Part shown: piece by piece, positions 53,753 to 61,793 of the stretch
Position numbering within the stretch: the first letter of the stretch is position 1
How the letters are laid out: every line of letters begins with the position of its first letter
Assembly (NCBI GenBank): GCA_036281075.1
Contig: DASUPO010000006.1
Coordinates: 9,350-73,349, forward strand
Reading direction: 5' to 3'
From: Actinomycetota bacterium
Lineage (GTDB): Bacteria; Actinomycetota; UBA4738; HRBIN12
Length of the DNA stretch: 64,000 bases
Made by a program: the position numbers and the translations under genes
The notes under the pieces: model-generated
What the model was told of the DNA's origin: nothing
The model's database searches: none
The model's input: only the letters and a program-made list of their open reading frames with translations

Positions 53753-54235
53753 CTAGCGGGATCTCCGGGTCGTGCGCTTCCGGGCCGCCGACTTCCTGGC
53801 CGGCGCGGTCCTGCGCTTGCGCGTCGCAGCCGCCCTCTTCCCGGCGGCGATCCGCTTCGGCGACTTCCGCGACGTGCTCTTGCGGGCCGTCGTCCGCTTC
53901 CGCGTGGACGCGGCCTTGCGCGCCGTGCGCTTCCGCGTGGACGCGGCCTTCTTCCCCGCCGCCACGCGCTTCGGCGACTTCCGCGACGTGCTCCGCCGAG
54001 TGGCGGGCCGCGACCGCTCCGACAGCGTTGCCGGCGCGGCTGGCGGCATCATCGTCGTCTCGGTCCTGGGGGTCGGCCGATCCCAGGCGGGCGTCTCCGG
54101 CTGCCACGAAGGCTCCGGTGCGCTCGGCGCATCCAGCGTGCCTCGCTCAGCGCCTTCGCCCTCCTGCGTTGCGTCGGAAGCGCCCTCGCGCTCCTCCCAC
54201 GGCCAGTCCTTGGAGCTGCGTTCCGGTGGGGTCAT
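53753..54235 (-). CDS. Histone-H1-like basic repeat protein (acidic N-terminus, Lys/Arg/Ala/Thr/Ser-rich C-terminus)
   Basis: ATG 54235 follows GGAGGAGG. The C-terminus reads ...RRSTSRKSPKRVAAGKKAASTRKRTARKAASTRKRTTARKSTSRKSPKRIAAGKRAAATRKRR... Confidence 0.65.
   Translation of the reverse strand: MTPPERSSKDWPWEEREGASDATQEGEGAERGTLDAPSAPEPSWQPETPAWDRPTPRTETTMMPPAAPATLSERSRPATRRSTSRKSPKRVAAGKKAASTRKRTARKAASTRKRTTARKSTSRKSPKRIAAGKRAAATRKRRTAPARKSAARKRTTRRSR
53843..53983. repeat. Nested direct repeats inside the H1-like gene
   Basis: A perfect 27-mer, cgcttcggcgacttccgcgacgtgctc, occurs at 53843-53869 and 53957-53983. A perfect 23-mer, cgcttccgcgtggacgcggcctt, occurs at 53885-53907 and 53918-53940 (33-nt period). 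Confidence 0.9.
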
Positions 54236-54349
54236 ATCGCGACCTCCTCCTGGTCGGTGTCGGTTGCGCGGCCGGATGACGGCCGGTCTTCGACCCCGTA
54301 CCCGGAGTCGGGGCGGTCCAAGCACGCTGGATCCCCGGTCCGCTGCAGG

Positions 54350-55402
54350 TCAGGCCGTGTCTCGGGGCCACGGACGATCGGCGGAGATCATCGCGCTCCC
54401 GCTCGCCATCGCGATCCGCCTGCCGCCCGCGTCGTCGAGCCGGCACGTCGTGACGGCGATCGTGTGGCCGCGCTGCTCCACCGTGGCCCGCGCGATGAGG
54501 TCGCGACCGTCGGGAGTCACGGGGCGGAGGAAGTTCACCTTCAGATCGAGCGTGCCGAAAGACGCCCCCTTCGGGAGCGTCGTCATCACCGCCGAGGTGA
54601 TCGCCGCGTCGGCGAACGCGGACACCGCGCCCCCGTAGAAGGTCCCGAACCCCGTGCAGAACCACATCGACGCCGGCATCGACACCGTGACGCTCCCCTC
54701 CTCGACGTCGGCGAACCCCAGCCCGAGGAGCAGACAGACCGGCGCCGCCGGCCGCTCGCCCTTCGCCCAGAGCTGGACGAACTCCAGCCCGCTCGTCGCG
54801 TCCCACACCTCCTGCTGGATCGTCCCGCCCTCGAGCGGTCGCAGGTACGGGTCGGGCGAGTCGAAGGAGACTTCCTCGACGCCCGGGAACGCCGATGGGG
54901 CCTCGGGAGGCTCGAACGGGAGGGGCTGCACCACGCACCGCGACGTGGCGTGCGCGAGCAGCCTGCCGCTCGCGTCCTCCACGCGTGCCTCGGACAACCC
55001 CTGCCGACGTCCCGAGTGGATCACCGTGCCGGTCGCGGCGAGGCGTCCGCTCGACGGGAACGCGGGCTCGAGGAAGTTGATGGACAGGTCGGACGAGAGC
55101 AGCGCCGTCGCGGGTGGCAGCGTCGTGAACACCGAGCCGGCGAGCGCAGCGTCGGCCACGAACGCGAGCGCGCCCCCGGGGAACACCCCCGCCGCCGTCG
55201 ACCACCACGGGCTCGCCGGGATCGACCACCTGGACGACCCTTCCTCGGCGTCGTCGACGATCAACCCGCTGAGGTGGGTGAGCGGCGGGGCCGGGAGCCG
55301 GCGCTCCGCGAACGCGCGGAGCTGATCGAGACCGGGCAGGGCGAAGAGCCCGGGCTGCTCGAGATAGGCGAACGAACCTCGGACCGGTTCCTCGACGATC
55401 AT
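54350..55402 (-). CDS. Tandem hot-dog fold thioesterase (PaaI/4HBT-like, two domains)
   Basis: There are two similar halves (...GGALAFVADAALAGSV...SSDLSINFL.. and ..GGAVSAFADAAITSAV...TLDLKVNFL..). ATG 55402 (MIVEEPV). Confidence 0.6.
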   Translation of the reverse strand: MIVEEPVRGSFAYLEQPGLFALPGLDQLRAFAERRLPAPPLTHLSGLIVDDAEEGSSRWSIPASPWWSTAAGVFPGGALAFVADAALAGSVFTTLPPATALLSSDLSINFLEPAFPSSGRLAATGTVIHSGRRQGLSEARVEDASGRLLAHATSRCVVQPLPFEPPEAPSAFPGVEEVSFDSPDPYLRPLEGGTIQQEVWDATSGLEFVQLWAKGERPAAPVCLLLGLGFADVEEGSVTVSMPASMWFCTGFGTFYGGAVSAFADAAITSAVMTTLPKGASFGTLDLKVNFLRPVTPDGRDLIARATVEQRGHTIAVTTCRLDDAGGRRIAMASGSAMISADRPWPRDTA

Positions 55403-55537
55403 CAGGCGAGGATAGCTGCGCTGGTTCCAGCGGTTCGCCCGCCCGGCGCCGGGGTAAGCGCGAGGGTGCGGGTGCGCGCCTCGGATATCGAGACGCCCAC
55501 CGTGCCGGAGTCGGAGCAGACCGAGGAGGAGGACGTC

Positions 55538-55969
55538 ATGGGGATCACGTCGTTCGTGAAGGGGGCGCTCGCCGGCGCCGCGATCGCGTATCTGTTCGAC
55601 CCGGAGGCCGGTCGCGGCCGCCGGGCGCGCCTGCGCGACCAGGCGGCCGCGGCCGGGCGGCGGGCGCGCGACCGCGCCGGGGACATGAGCCGACACGCCG
55701 GCAACGTGGTCGAGGGCAAGATCCACGAGGCGACGGCGTCCTTGGAGACCGGCCGTGTCACGGATGACGTGACGGTCGCCGACCGGATCAGGAGCGAGGT
55801 CCTCGGCCGACCGGATCTCGCCGCCGGTGGGCTGCTCGTGGACGTGACCGACGGCGTGGCGCACCTCCGTGGACGGTTCGACGACGCCGACCGGCTCCAG
55901 CGGGTGATCGACCTCACCGAGAAGGTGCACGGCGTCCGCGAGGTGGACAACCTCGTGGAGGTGGACTGA
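55538..55969 (+). CDS. BON-domain protein with YtxH-like N-terminal helix
   Basis: MGITSFVKGALAGAAIAYLFDPEAGRGRR..., then VTDDVTVADRIRSEV...VDVTDGVAHLRG...VHGVREVDNLVEV. ATG follows GAGGAGGAGGA. Confidence 0.7.
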   Translation: MGITSFVKGALAGAAIAYLFDPEAGRGRRARLRDQAAAAGRRARDRAGDMSRHAGNVVEGKIHEATASLETGRVTDDVTVADRIRSEVLGRPDLAAGGLLVDVTDGVAHLRGRFDDADRLQRVIDLTEKVHGVREVDNLVEVD

Positions 55970-55983
55970 ACGACCCCCGACCG

Positions 55984-56805
55984 GTGGAGCGCGTCACCTC
56001 GCGGGACGGCACATCGATCGCGTTCGAGCGCGTCGGGAGGGGGCCGCCTCTCGTCCTGATCGGTGGCGCCCTCCGCGATCGGACGGGGGGGATGCCGATC
56101 GCGGAGGAACTCGCGTCATCGCTCACGGCAGTCGCGGTCGACCGGCGCGGCCGCGGCGAGAGCGGGGACACGGCTCCGTACGCGGTCGAGCGAGAGGTGG
56201 AGGACGTCCAGGCGATCCTCGGGGCCGTCGGGGGACGCGGTCATCTCTTCGGTCATTCCTCGGGCGCGGTCCTCACCCTCGAGGTCGCGAGGACGATCCC
56301 GGAAGCGGTCGAGAGCGTGGCCCTGTACGAACCACCGTTCATCCTCGACGACTCGCGTCCACCGGTCCCCGAGGACTTCGTGGACCGGCTGGAGGAGCTC
56401 GCCGGATCGGACCGCCGCGACGACGCCGTCGCGTACTTCCTCCGGAGCGGCGTCGGTCTGTCCGACGAGTCGGTGGACGCCGCGCGCCTCGACCCGTCGT
56501 GGGCGAAGCTGGCGGCGCTCGCGCACACGCTCCACTACGACGCCCGGGTCCTTCGCGACACGACGGCGGGCGCGCCCGATCCCCTCGGTCGGTGGACGTC
56601 CCTCGAGGTGCCGGCGCTCGTGATGGTCGGCGGCGCGAGCCCACCGTTCCAACAACACGCCGTACGCGCGCTGGCGGCGACGCTGCCCGAAGCGAGTCGC
56701 CGCACCCTGGGGGGTCAGGGCCACGGCCCGGAGCGGTCGATGCTCGCCGAGGAGCTGCGGACGTGGGTCGGCGACCACACTCGCGAGCGTGGTCATCCGA
56801 CGTAG
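55984..56805 (+). CDS. Alpha/beta-fold hydrolase
   Basis: GPPLVLIGG, nucleophile elbow GHSSGA, C-terminal His region. Confidence 0.8.
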   Translation: MERVTSRDGTSIAFERVGRGPPLVLIGGALRDRTGGMPIAEELASSLTAVAVDRRGRGESGDTAPYAVEREVEDVQAILGAVGGRGHLFGHSSGAVLTLEVARTIPEAVESVALYEPPFILDDSRPPVPEDFVDRLEELAGSDRRDDAVAYFLRSGVGLSDESVDAARLDPSWAKLAALAHTLHYDARVLRDTTAGAPDPLGRWTSLEVPALVMVGGASPPFQQHAVRALAATLPEASRRTLGGQGHGPERSMLAEELRTWVGDHTRERGHPT

Positions 56806-56885
56806 GTCGACTGACCGACGCTCGTTCGCCCCTGTCGTGGTCGCCATGCGCATTCCTACGATCGGCGCCGAGAGAGATCGACGGA

Positions 56886-57926
56886 ATGACCGTGCAGGGA
56901 TCCCGTGCCGTGCAGGTGGTGCTCGGCGAAGGTGAGCCGGGCATCCTTCGCGTCGTCCTGGAGTCGGAGGGCTTCCACGTCGTGGGTCAAGCGCGCGGAG
57001 AATCGGAGCTCCGGCGGATCCTCGACGCTACCCATCCGACCGTGATCGTGCTTGACGCGGGGATCTCCGCGACCGCGGCCATCGACGCGAGAACCCGAGC
57101 CACGGGTGCACAGATCGTGGTGGTGTGGCCCGACGACGTCCGCGCGAGCATCGCGGATGAGCGGGTTACCCCCGCGAGGGCACTCGAGGACCTGGGCCGC
57201 GCGGTTCGGCGGGCGGCCGAGCGGACGACCGGGCGGGTCGATGACGTCGTCACACTCCCGGAATCGCCAACGCTCGTGACCGTGGATCGCGACGAACGTC
57301 CCCTGATGGTCGTCCCCGACATCGAGGATGCGGCGCCGGCGAGACCGCGGCGTCGCGCACGCCAGCTCCTGATGGTTGCCGCGGCCTGGACGCTCGCGCT
57401 CACGGCGTCCGCCGCGATCGGCCTAGCGGTCCCTCGGACGTTCGGCCTGTTCGAGTCCGAGGTGACCCCGCGCCCCAGCATCGCTCCCTCGCCGGACGCC
57501 GCACCGCTCGATCCATCCGAGAACGGTGCGTCGTCCCCGGATGCTCCCGATCCCGATCCCCGAGTGTGCGGTCGGCCGGACGGCACGGAAGTGCCGCGGA
57601 GCGATCGCGGCCGGCCCGACGATCCGGGTCGGGGTTGCGGCCAGGGAGGCGAGAAAGGCCAAGGGCGGCCGGAGGATCCGGGCGGGGCGGGGAACGGCAA
57701 CGGTCGGGGTGAAGGCGGGCGGCCGGAGGATCCGAGCGGAGCGGGGAACGGCAACGGCGGGAACGTGGGGAATGGAGGAGGAGGCGACACGGCGAGCGAC
57801 GATGCGTCCGATGCAGACGTCACCGACGGCGAGAACGGTGGCGGCGAGAAGGAAAAGGCCTCGAGCGACGATGCCGCCAGCGAAGGCTCGTCGGGGTCGA
57901 ACGGTCAGGGGAACGGCCCGGGCTAG
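56886..57926 (+). CDS. Membrane-anchored protein: degenerate receiver-like N-domain, one TM helix, Gly/Asp/Asn-rich low-complexity tail
   Basis: VQVVLGEGEPGILRVVLESEGFHVVG...PTVIVLDAG (a CheY-like beta-alpha pattern lacking the acidic pair). TM helix LLMVAAAWTLALTASAAIGLAV. The tail contains GRPEDPxGAGNGNG twice. Confidence 0.5.
   Translation: MTVQGSRAVQVVLGEGEPGILRVVLESEGFHVVGQARGESELRRILDATHPTVIVLDAGISATAAIDARTRATGAQIVVVWPDDVRASIADERVTPARALEDLGRAVRRAAERTTGRVDDVVTLPESPTLVTVDRDERPLMVVPDIEDAAPARPRRRARQLLMVAAAWTLALTASAAIGLAVPRTFGLFESEVTPRPSIAPSPDAAPLDPSENGASSPDAPDPDPRVCGRPDGTEVPRSDRGRPDDPGRGCGQGGEKGQGRPEDPGGAGNGNGRGEGGRPEDPSGAGNGNGGNVGNGGGGDTASDDASDADVTDGENGGGEKEKASSDDAASEGSSGSNGQGNGPG
57664..57757 (+). 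repeat. 54-nt tandem duplication (2 copies) within the coding low-complexity tail
   Basis: ggcggccggaggatccgGgcggGgcggggaacggcaacgg at 57664 is repeated at 57718 with 2 mismatches. Confidence 0.85.
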
Positions 57927-60061
57927 GAGACGGGGAGCGAGCCCGCCACCGTCGTCCCGGCTCCGGGGCTCGACGTCACGTCGACCTCGCCGCCGAGCGC
58001 GGCCAGCCGGTCCGCGATCCCCTGCAGCCCGGTCCCGAACGTCGACGTGGACCGCTCGAAACCGACACCGTCGTCGGTCACGGTGAAACGCAGCCGGCCG
58101 TCGCCGTCGGAGAGCGCGACGACCGCGCGCGAGGCGGAGGCGTACTTCGCGACGTTCTGCAGCGCCTCGAGGCACGAGAAGTACACAGCCGCCTCGGCCT
58201 CGCGCGCGTACCGCCCGATTCCGTCCGATCGGATCGCGACCGGGACGACCGACTTCCGCGCCTGCGACTCGAGCGCGGCGACCAATCCCTTGTCCGCGAG
58301 CAGCGGCGGGTAGATCCCCCGGGCCAGGTCCCGGAGCTCCTCGAGCGCCTCGGTCGCGTCTCCCTGGAGTTGCGCGGCGATCGAGCCCGCCTGAGCAGGG
58401 TCCTTCTCGACGAGGCGCTCGAGCAGCCCGAGCTTCACGGTGAGCGCGACGAGCCGCTGCTGGGCGCCGTCGTGGAGGTTGCGCTCGAGCTTGCGCCGCT
58501 CCTCGTCCTGCGCCGTCACGAGCCGCTGCCGCGACGTCTTGAGCTCGTCGATCGTGCGCAGGAGTTCGCGGGTGAGACCGGCGTTGCGGAGCACCAGCCC
58601 CGCTTGCGCCGCGAGGTCGGCCACGAGCTTCTCCTCGGTGGGCGTGAGCGACTCACCGGAACGTTTCTGGATCGAGAGCGCCCCGAGCAGCTCGTCCCGA
58701 TGCCGAACCGGCTCGAACATCGACGTCCCCGTGACCTCGCCGTCGGCGGACGCGACCGATCGCGACGAGGGCGCCGGCGAGTCCGGCGGCCAGGCGGCCT
58801 CCGCGCGGAGGTCGTCCCCCGACCGCACCCACACGTCGGCCCGCGCCGCGCCGGTGCCCTCGGCGAGCGCTCGCGCCATCCGAGGCAAGAGCTCGTCGCT
58901 CGCGTAGGTCTGCCCGACGCGCTCCGAGAAGTCCGACAGCACTTCGTACGGGGTGGCGCGCTTGCCATAGACGAGCCGGTCCGCGATCCGCTGCGCCCGC
59001 CGCCGCAGCGGCTGGAAGGCGAGCGCCACGATCGCGGCCGCGACGGCCGACAGGACCGGGCTCGCCTGGCTCCCCACGAGCGCCCCGACGCCGACGACGA
59101 TCGCGACATAGACGATCGTGATGGACACCGCGAGCGCGCCGACCAGCAGCGCCTTGTTGATCACCACGTCGATGTCGAACAGCCGGTAGCGCAGGATCGA
59201 CACGCCGATCGCGATCGGAATCAGGACGAAGGACGGGATCACGAGCCCCTGCAAGACGAGGAGCCAGCCGGGTTCGTCCCCGCCACCCCAGGAACTGCCG
59301 AGCGACGCGATCATCGCGCCCGAGTACAGCAGCGCCACGAACCCGGCCGCCGTCATCAGCCAGCGCAGCTGGAGCCGCTCGATCCCCGTCGACCTCCGGA
59401 AGCGAAGCACGAGCGCCGTGAGCGAGCCGAGCACGCCGATCGGGATCACGAGGATCAATGCCTGCGCGACGTCGAGGATCGGTCCGAGCGCCGCGACCCC
59501 GAGGGGATTCGGCACCCGGGGAACCGGCGGCGAATCGATCGCCCCGGGGTCGAGCAGGATCGCGAAGTACACGATCGTCAGGCCGACACCGACACCCCAC
59601 GCGAACCACCGCCACCTCGGCGAGGGGAGGTGCCCGTCCGGGAACAACAGGAGGAGGAAGGTGACGGGCAGCACGACGATCGGGACCCAGCTCGGCGCAT
59701 CGAAGGCGAGCAGGACGAGACCCGGGTCGCGATGACCGGTATGGAGCAAGTACCAGCCGAGCGAACTGATCGTCGCGCCGACGCCGAAGAAGACGCCCAT
59801 CCCGAGCATCAGCCAACCGATCGAGTTCTCGGGTCGCCGGGTCGCCAGCAGGTACCCGATCGCCGGGAACGCGGCGAACGACACGACGAAGAGGAGGCTC
59901 TCGACCGGGTCGCTTCCGCCCGGACGGCTGGTCGCCGCGTCGAGGAACGTGAGCACGAGCCCGCCCGCGAAGCCCACGACCGTGACCCCGGCGAGGACCC
60001 GGGCCAAGAGGATCCGCGGATCGCGTGCGGACCCCTCGAGCTGAGCGTCCTGCGGCTGCAC
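57923..60061 (-). CDS. Sensor histidine kinase (multi-TM sensor, GAF-like linker, HisKA_3 + HATPase_c; NarL/LuxR-partner type)
   Basis: About 10 N-terminal TM helices. DEERRKLERNLHDGAQQRL (HisKA_3 H-box). LEALQNVAKYA ... DDGVGF ... GTGLQGIADR (N, G1, G2 boxes). Confidence 0.9.
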   Translation of the reverse strand: MQPQDAQLEGSARDPRILLARVLAGVTVVGFAGGLVLTFLDAATSRPGGSDPVESLLFVVSFAAFPAIGYLLATRRPENSIGWLMLGMGVFFGVGATISSLGWYLLHTGHRDPGLVLLAFDAPSWVPIVVLPVTFLLLLFPDGHLPSPRWRWFAWGVGVGLTIVYFAILLDPGAIDSPPVPRVPNPLGVAALGPILDVAQALILVIPIGVLGSLTALVLRFRRSTGIERLQLRWLMTAAGFVALLYSGAMIASLGSSWGGGDEPGWLLVLQGLVIPSFVLIPIAIGVSILRYRLFDIDVVINKALLVGALAVSITIVYVAIVVGVGALVGSQASPVLSAVAAAIVALAFQPLRRRAQRIADRLVYGKRATPYEVLSDFSERVGQTYASDELLPRMARALAEGTGAARADVWVRSGDDLRAEAAWPPDSPAPSSRSVASADGEVTGTSMFEPVRHRDELLGALSIQKRSGESLTPTEEKLVADLAAQAGLVLRNAGLTRELLRTIDELKTSRQRLVTAQDEERRKLERNLHDGAQQRLVALTVKLGLLERLVEKDPAQAGSIAAQLQGDATEALEELRDLARGIYPPLLADKGLVAALESQARKSVVPVAIRSDGIGRYAREAEAAVYFSCLEALQNVAKYASASRAVVALSDGDGRLRFTVTDDGVGFERSTSTFGTGLQGIADRLAALGGEVDVTSSPGAGTTVAGSLPVS

Positions 60062-60155
60062 GGGAGGATGTTCGCACCTCGTCCCTCCGGACCCAAGGGG
60101 GACAGCTCCCCTCCTCGCGGAGTGCCTCCCTCCCCGGGTACCGTGTGGCGCTCCG

Positions 60156-60778
60156 ATGCCGCTGCAGAACCGCGTGACGCCCTTCGGCGCCGTGATCGCC
60201 GATCCCGCGCGCGGCCTCGTCCACGGGAACCGCGGCTGCCTCCACGACGAAGACCGGCGGATCCGCCGTCACCACGCAGGGAAACGGTGGATCGCCTGTC
60301 GCCTCGAGTTCAAGGGCTGGCGTCGCAGCACGCTGATGCAGCCCGGGCGCTACACGGAGCTGTTCTTCGTCGACGACGCGACCGCGCTCGCCGCGGGGCA
60401 CCGCGCGTGCGCCCTCTGCCGCCGCGCGGACTACGACCGGCTCGCGGAGATCTGGCGTGGGCTGCACCCCGCCGACCGTGGCGCGGACGCGATCGATGCA
60501 CGCCTGCACGCAGAGCGATGGGACGGCACCGCGCGCGCCCAACGGCGGCACGACGGGAGGATCGAGGCGCTGCCCGACGGTGCGTTCGTCCTCCGCGACG
60601 GCGAACCGTACGTCGTGCTGGGTCGCGAGATCCGTCGTTGGACCCCGTCCGGGTACGGAGGACCGGTCGCGCGCGGGGTCGGCGGGATCGAGGTCATCAC
60701 CCCGCGCACCTCGTCGAGGTGCTCCGCCACGGATGGGAACCGCTCGTCCCGTTCCTCCATCCCTCGGCGACGGCCTGA
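60156..60778 (+). pseudogene. Conserved hypothetical Cys-rich protein with an apparent frameshift near 60700-60712 (or an assembly error)
   Basis: Frame 0 reads MPLQNRVTPFG...GHRACALCRR...GGIEVITPRT. It then turns into Ser/Arg/Pro junk, while the -1 frame continues as HLVEVLRHGWEPLVPFLHPSATA-TGA with higher GC3. Confidence 0.4.
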
Positions 60779-60830
60779 ACACGATCCGTCCCGAGGAGTC
60801 GAACCGCCCTCGGACGGGTACGGAAACACG

Positions 60831-61793
60831 GTGCCAACCGTCGGGTTCCACGTTTCGCACGAGCAGCTCTCGCCCGCCCGGGCACTCGAGGCGGTCCGCG
60901 CAGCGGAGGCCGCGGGTTTCCGGGCGGCGATGTGCTCCGACCACCTGGCGCCATGGGGCGAGCGGCAGGGCGAGTCCGGATTCGCGTGGTCGTGGCTCGG
61001 CGCGGCGATGCAGGCCACGTCCCTCCCCTTCGGCGTCGTCACCGCGCCCGGCCAGCGCTACCACCCGTCGATCATCGCCCAGGCGATCGCGACGCTAGGC
61101 GACCTCTTCCCGGGACGGTTCTGGGCGGCGCTCGGTTCCGGCGAGGCGGTGAACGAGCACGTGACCGGCGACCGCTGGCCGGACAAGCCGACGCGCGACG
61201 CCCGGCTCCTCGAGTGCGTCGAGGTGATCCGCGCGCTGCTCGGCGGCGAGGAGGTCAGCCACGAGGGCCTTGTGCGCGTCGACCGAGCCCGCGTCTGGAG
61301 CCTGCCGGAGGGGCTCCCGCCGCTCTACGGCGCCGCGGTGAGCGAGGAGACCGCTCGGACCGTCGGCGGCTGGGCGGACGGGATGATCACCGTGTACCGA
61401 CCTGTCGACGAGCTCGCGAGGGTGATCGACGCCTTCCGCGAGGGAGGCGGCGATCGCAAGCCGGTGGCGGTGCAGGTCCACCTGTCGTGGGCAGGCGACG
61501 AGGAGGAGGCGCTCGCCGTCGCCCATGACCAGTGGCGAACGAACGTGTTCGGCTCCGACGTCGCGTGGAACCTCGAGCTCCCGTCGCAGTTCGACGCGGC
61601 CGCACGATCCGTGCGCCCCGAGGACGTCACGGGATCGGTGCTCGTCTCTTCCGATCCATCCCAGCACACGAAGTGGCTCCTCGAGATCGCCGACCTCGAC
61701 GTCGACGCGATCTACCTCCATCATGTCGGGAAGGAGCAGGACCGATTCCTCGAGGTGTTCGGTCGTGACGTCCTGCCGGAGGTGAACCCGTGA
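60831..61793 (+). CDS. Luciferase-like monooxygenase (LLM) class oxidoreductase (flavin/F420-type, TIGR03885-like)
   Basis: VPTVGFHVSHEQLSP...CSDHLAPWGERQGESGFAWSWLGAAMQAT...QRYHPSIIAQA...GSGEAVNEH. The track fuses it in-frame with the upstream ORF. The GTG 60831 start is inferred. Confidence 0.75.
   Translation: MPTVGFHVSHEQLSPARALEAVRAAEAAGFRAAMCSDHLAPWGERQGESGFAWSWLGAAMQATSLPFGVVTAPGQRYHPSIIAQAIATLGDLFPGRFWAALGSGEAVNEHVTGDRWPDKPTRDARLLECVEVIRALLGGEEVSHEGLVRVDRARVWSLPEGLPPLYGAAVSEETARTVGGWADGMITVYRPVDELARVIDAFREGGGDRKPVAVQVHLSWAGDEEEALAVAHDQWRTNVFGSDVAWNLELPSQFDAAARSVRPEDVTGSVLVSSDPSQHTKWLLEIADLDVDAIYLHHVGKEQDRFLEVFGRDVLPEVNP

Noticed and set aside
57664-57757. The 54-nt tandem repeat considered as a CRISPR-like or minisatellite element.
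   Set aside because: There are only two copies and no spacers. The repeat is in frame (18 aa) inside a low-complexity coding tail. It is a simple intragenic duplication.
60156-61793. A genuine 545-aa fusion protein (Cys-rich domain + LLM oxidoreductase), as given by the ORF track.
   Set aside because: The 40-aa linker is compositionally junk-like, with lower GC3. An alternative frame gives a clean C-terminus and a stop at 60778. The LLM domain starts where stand-alone homologues start.
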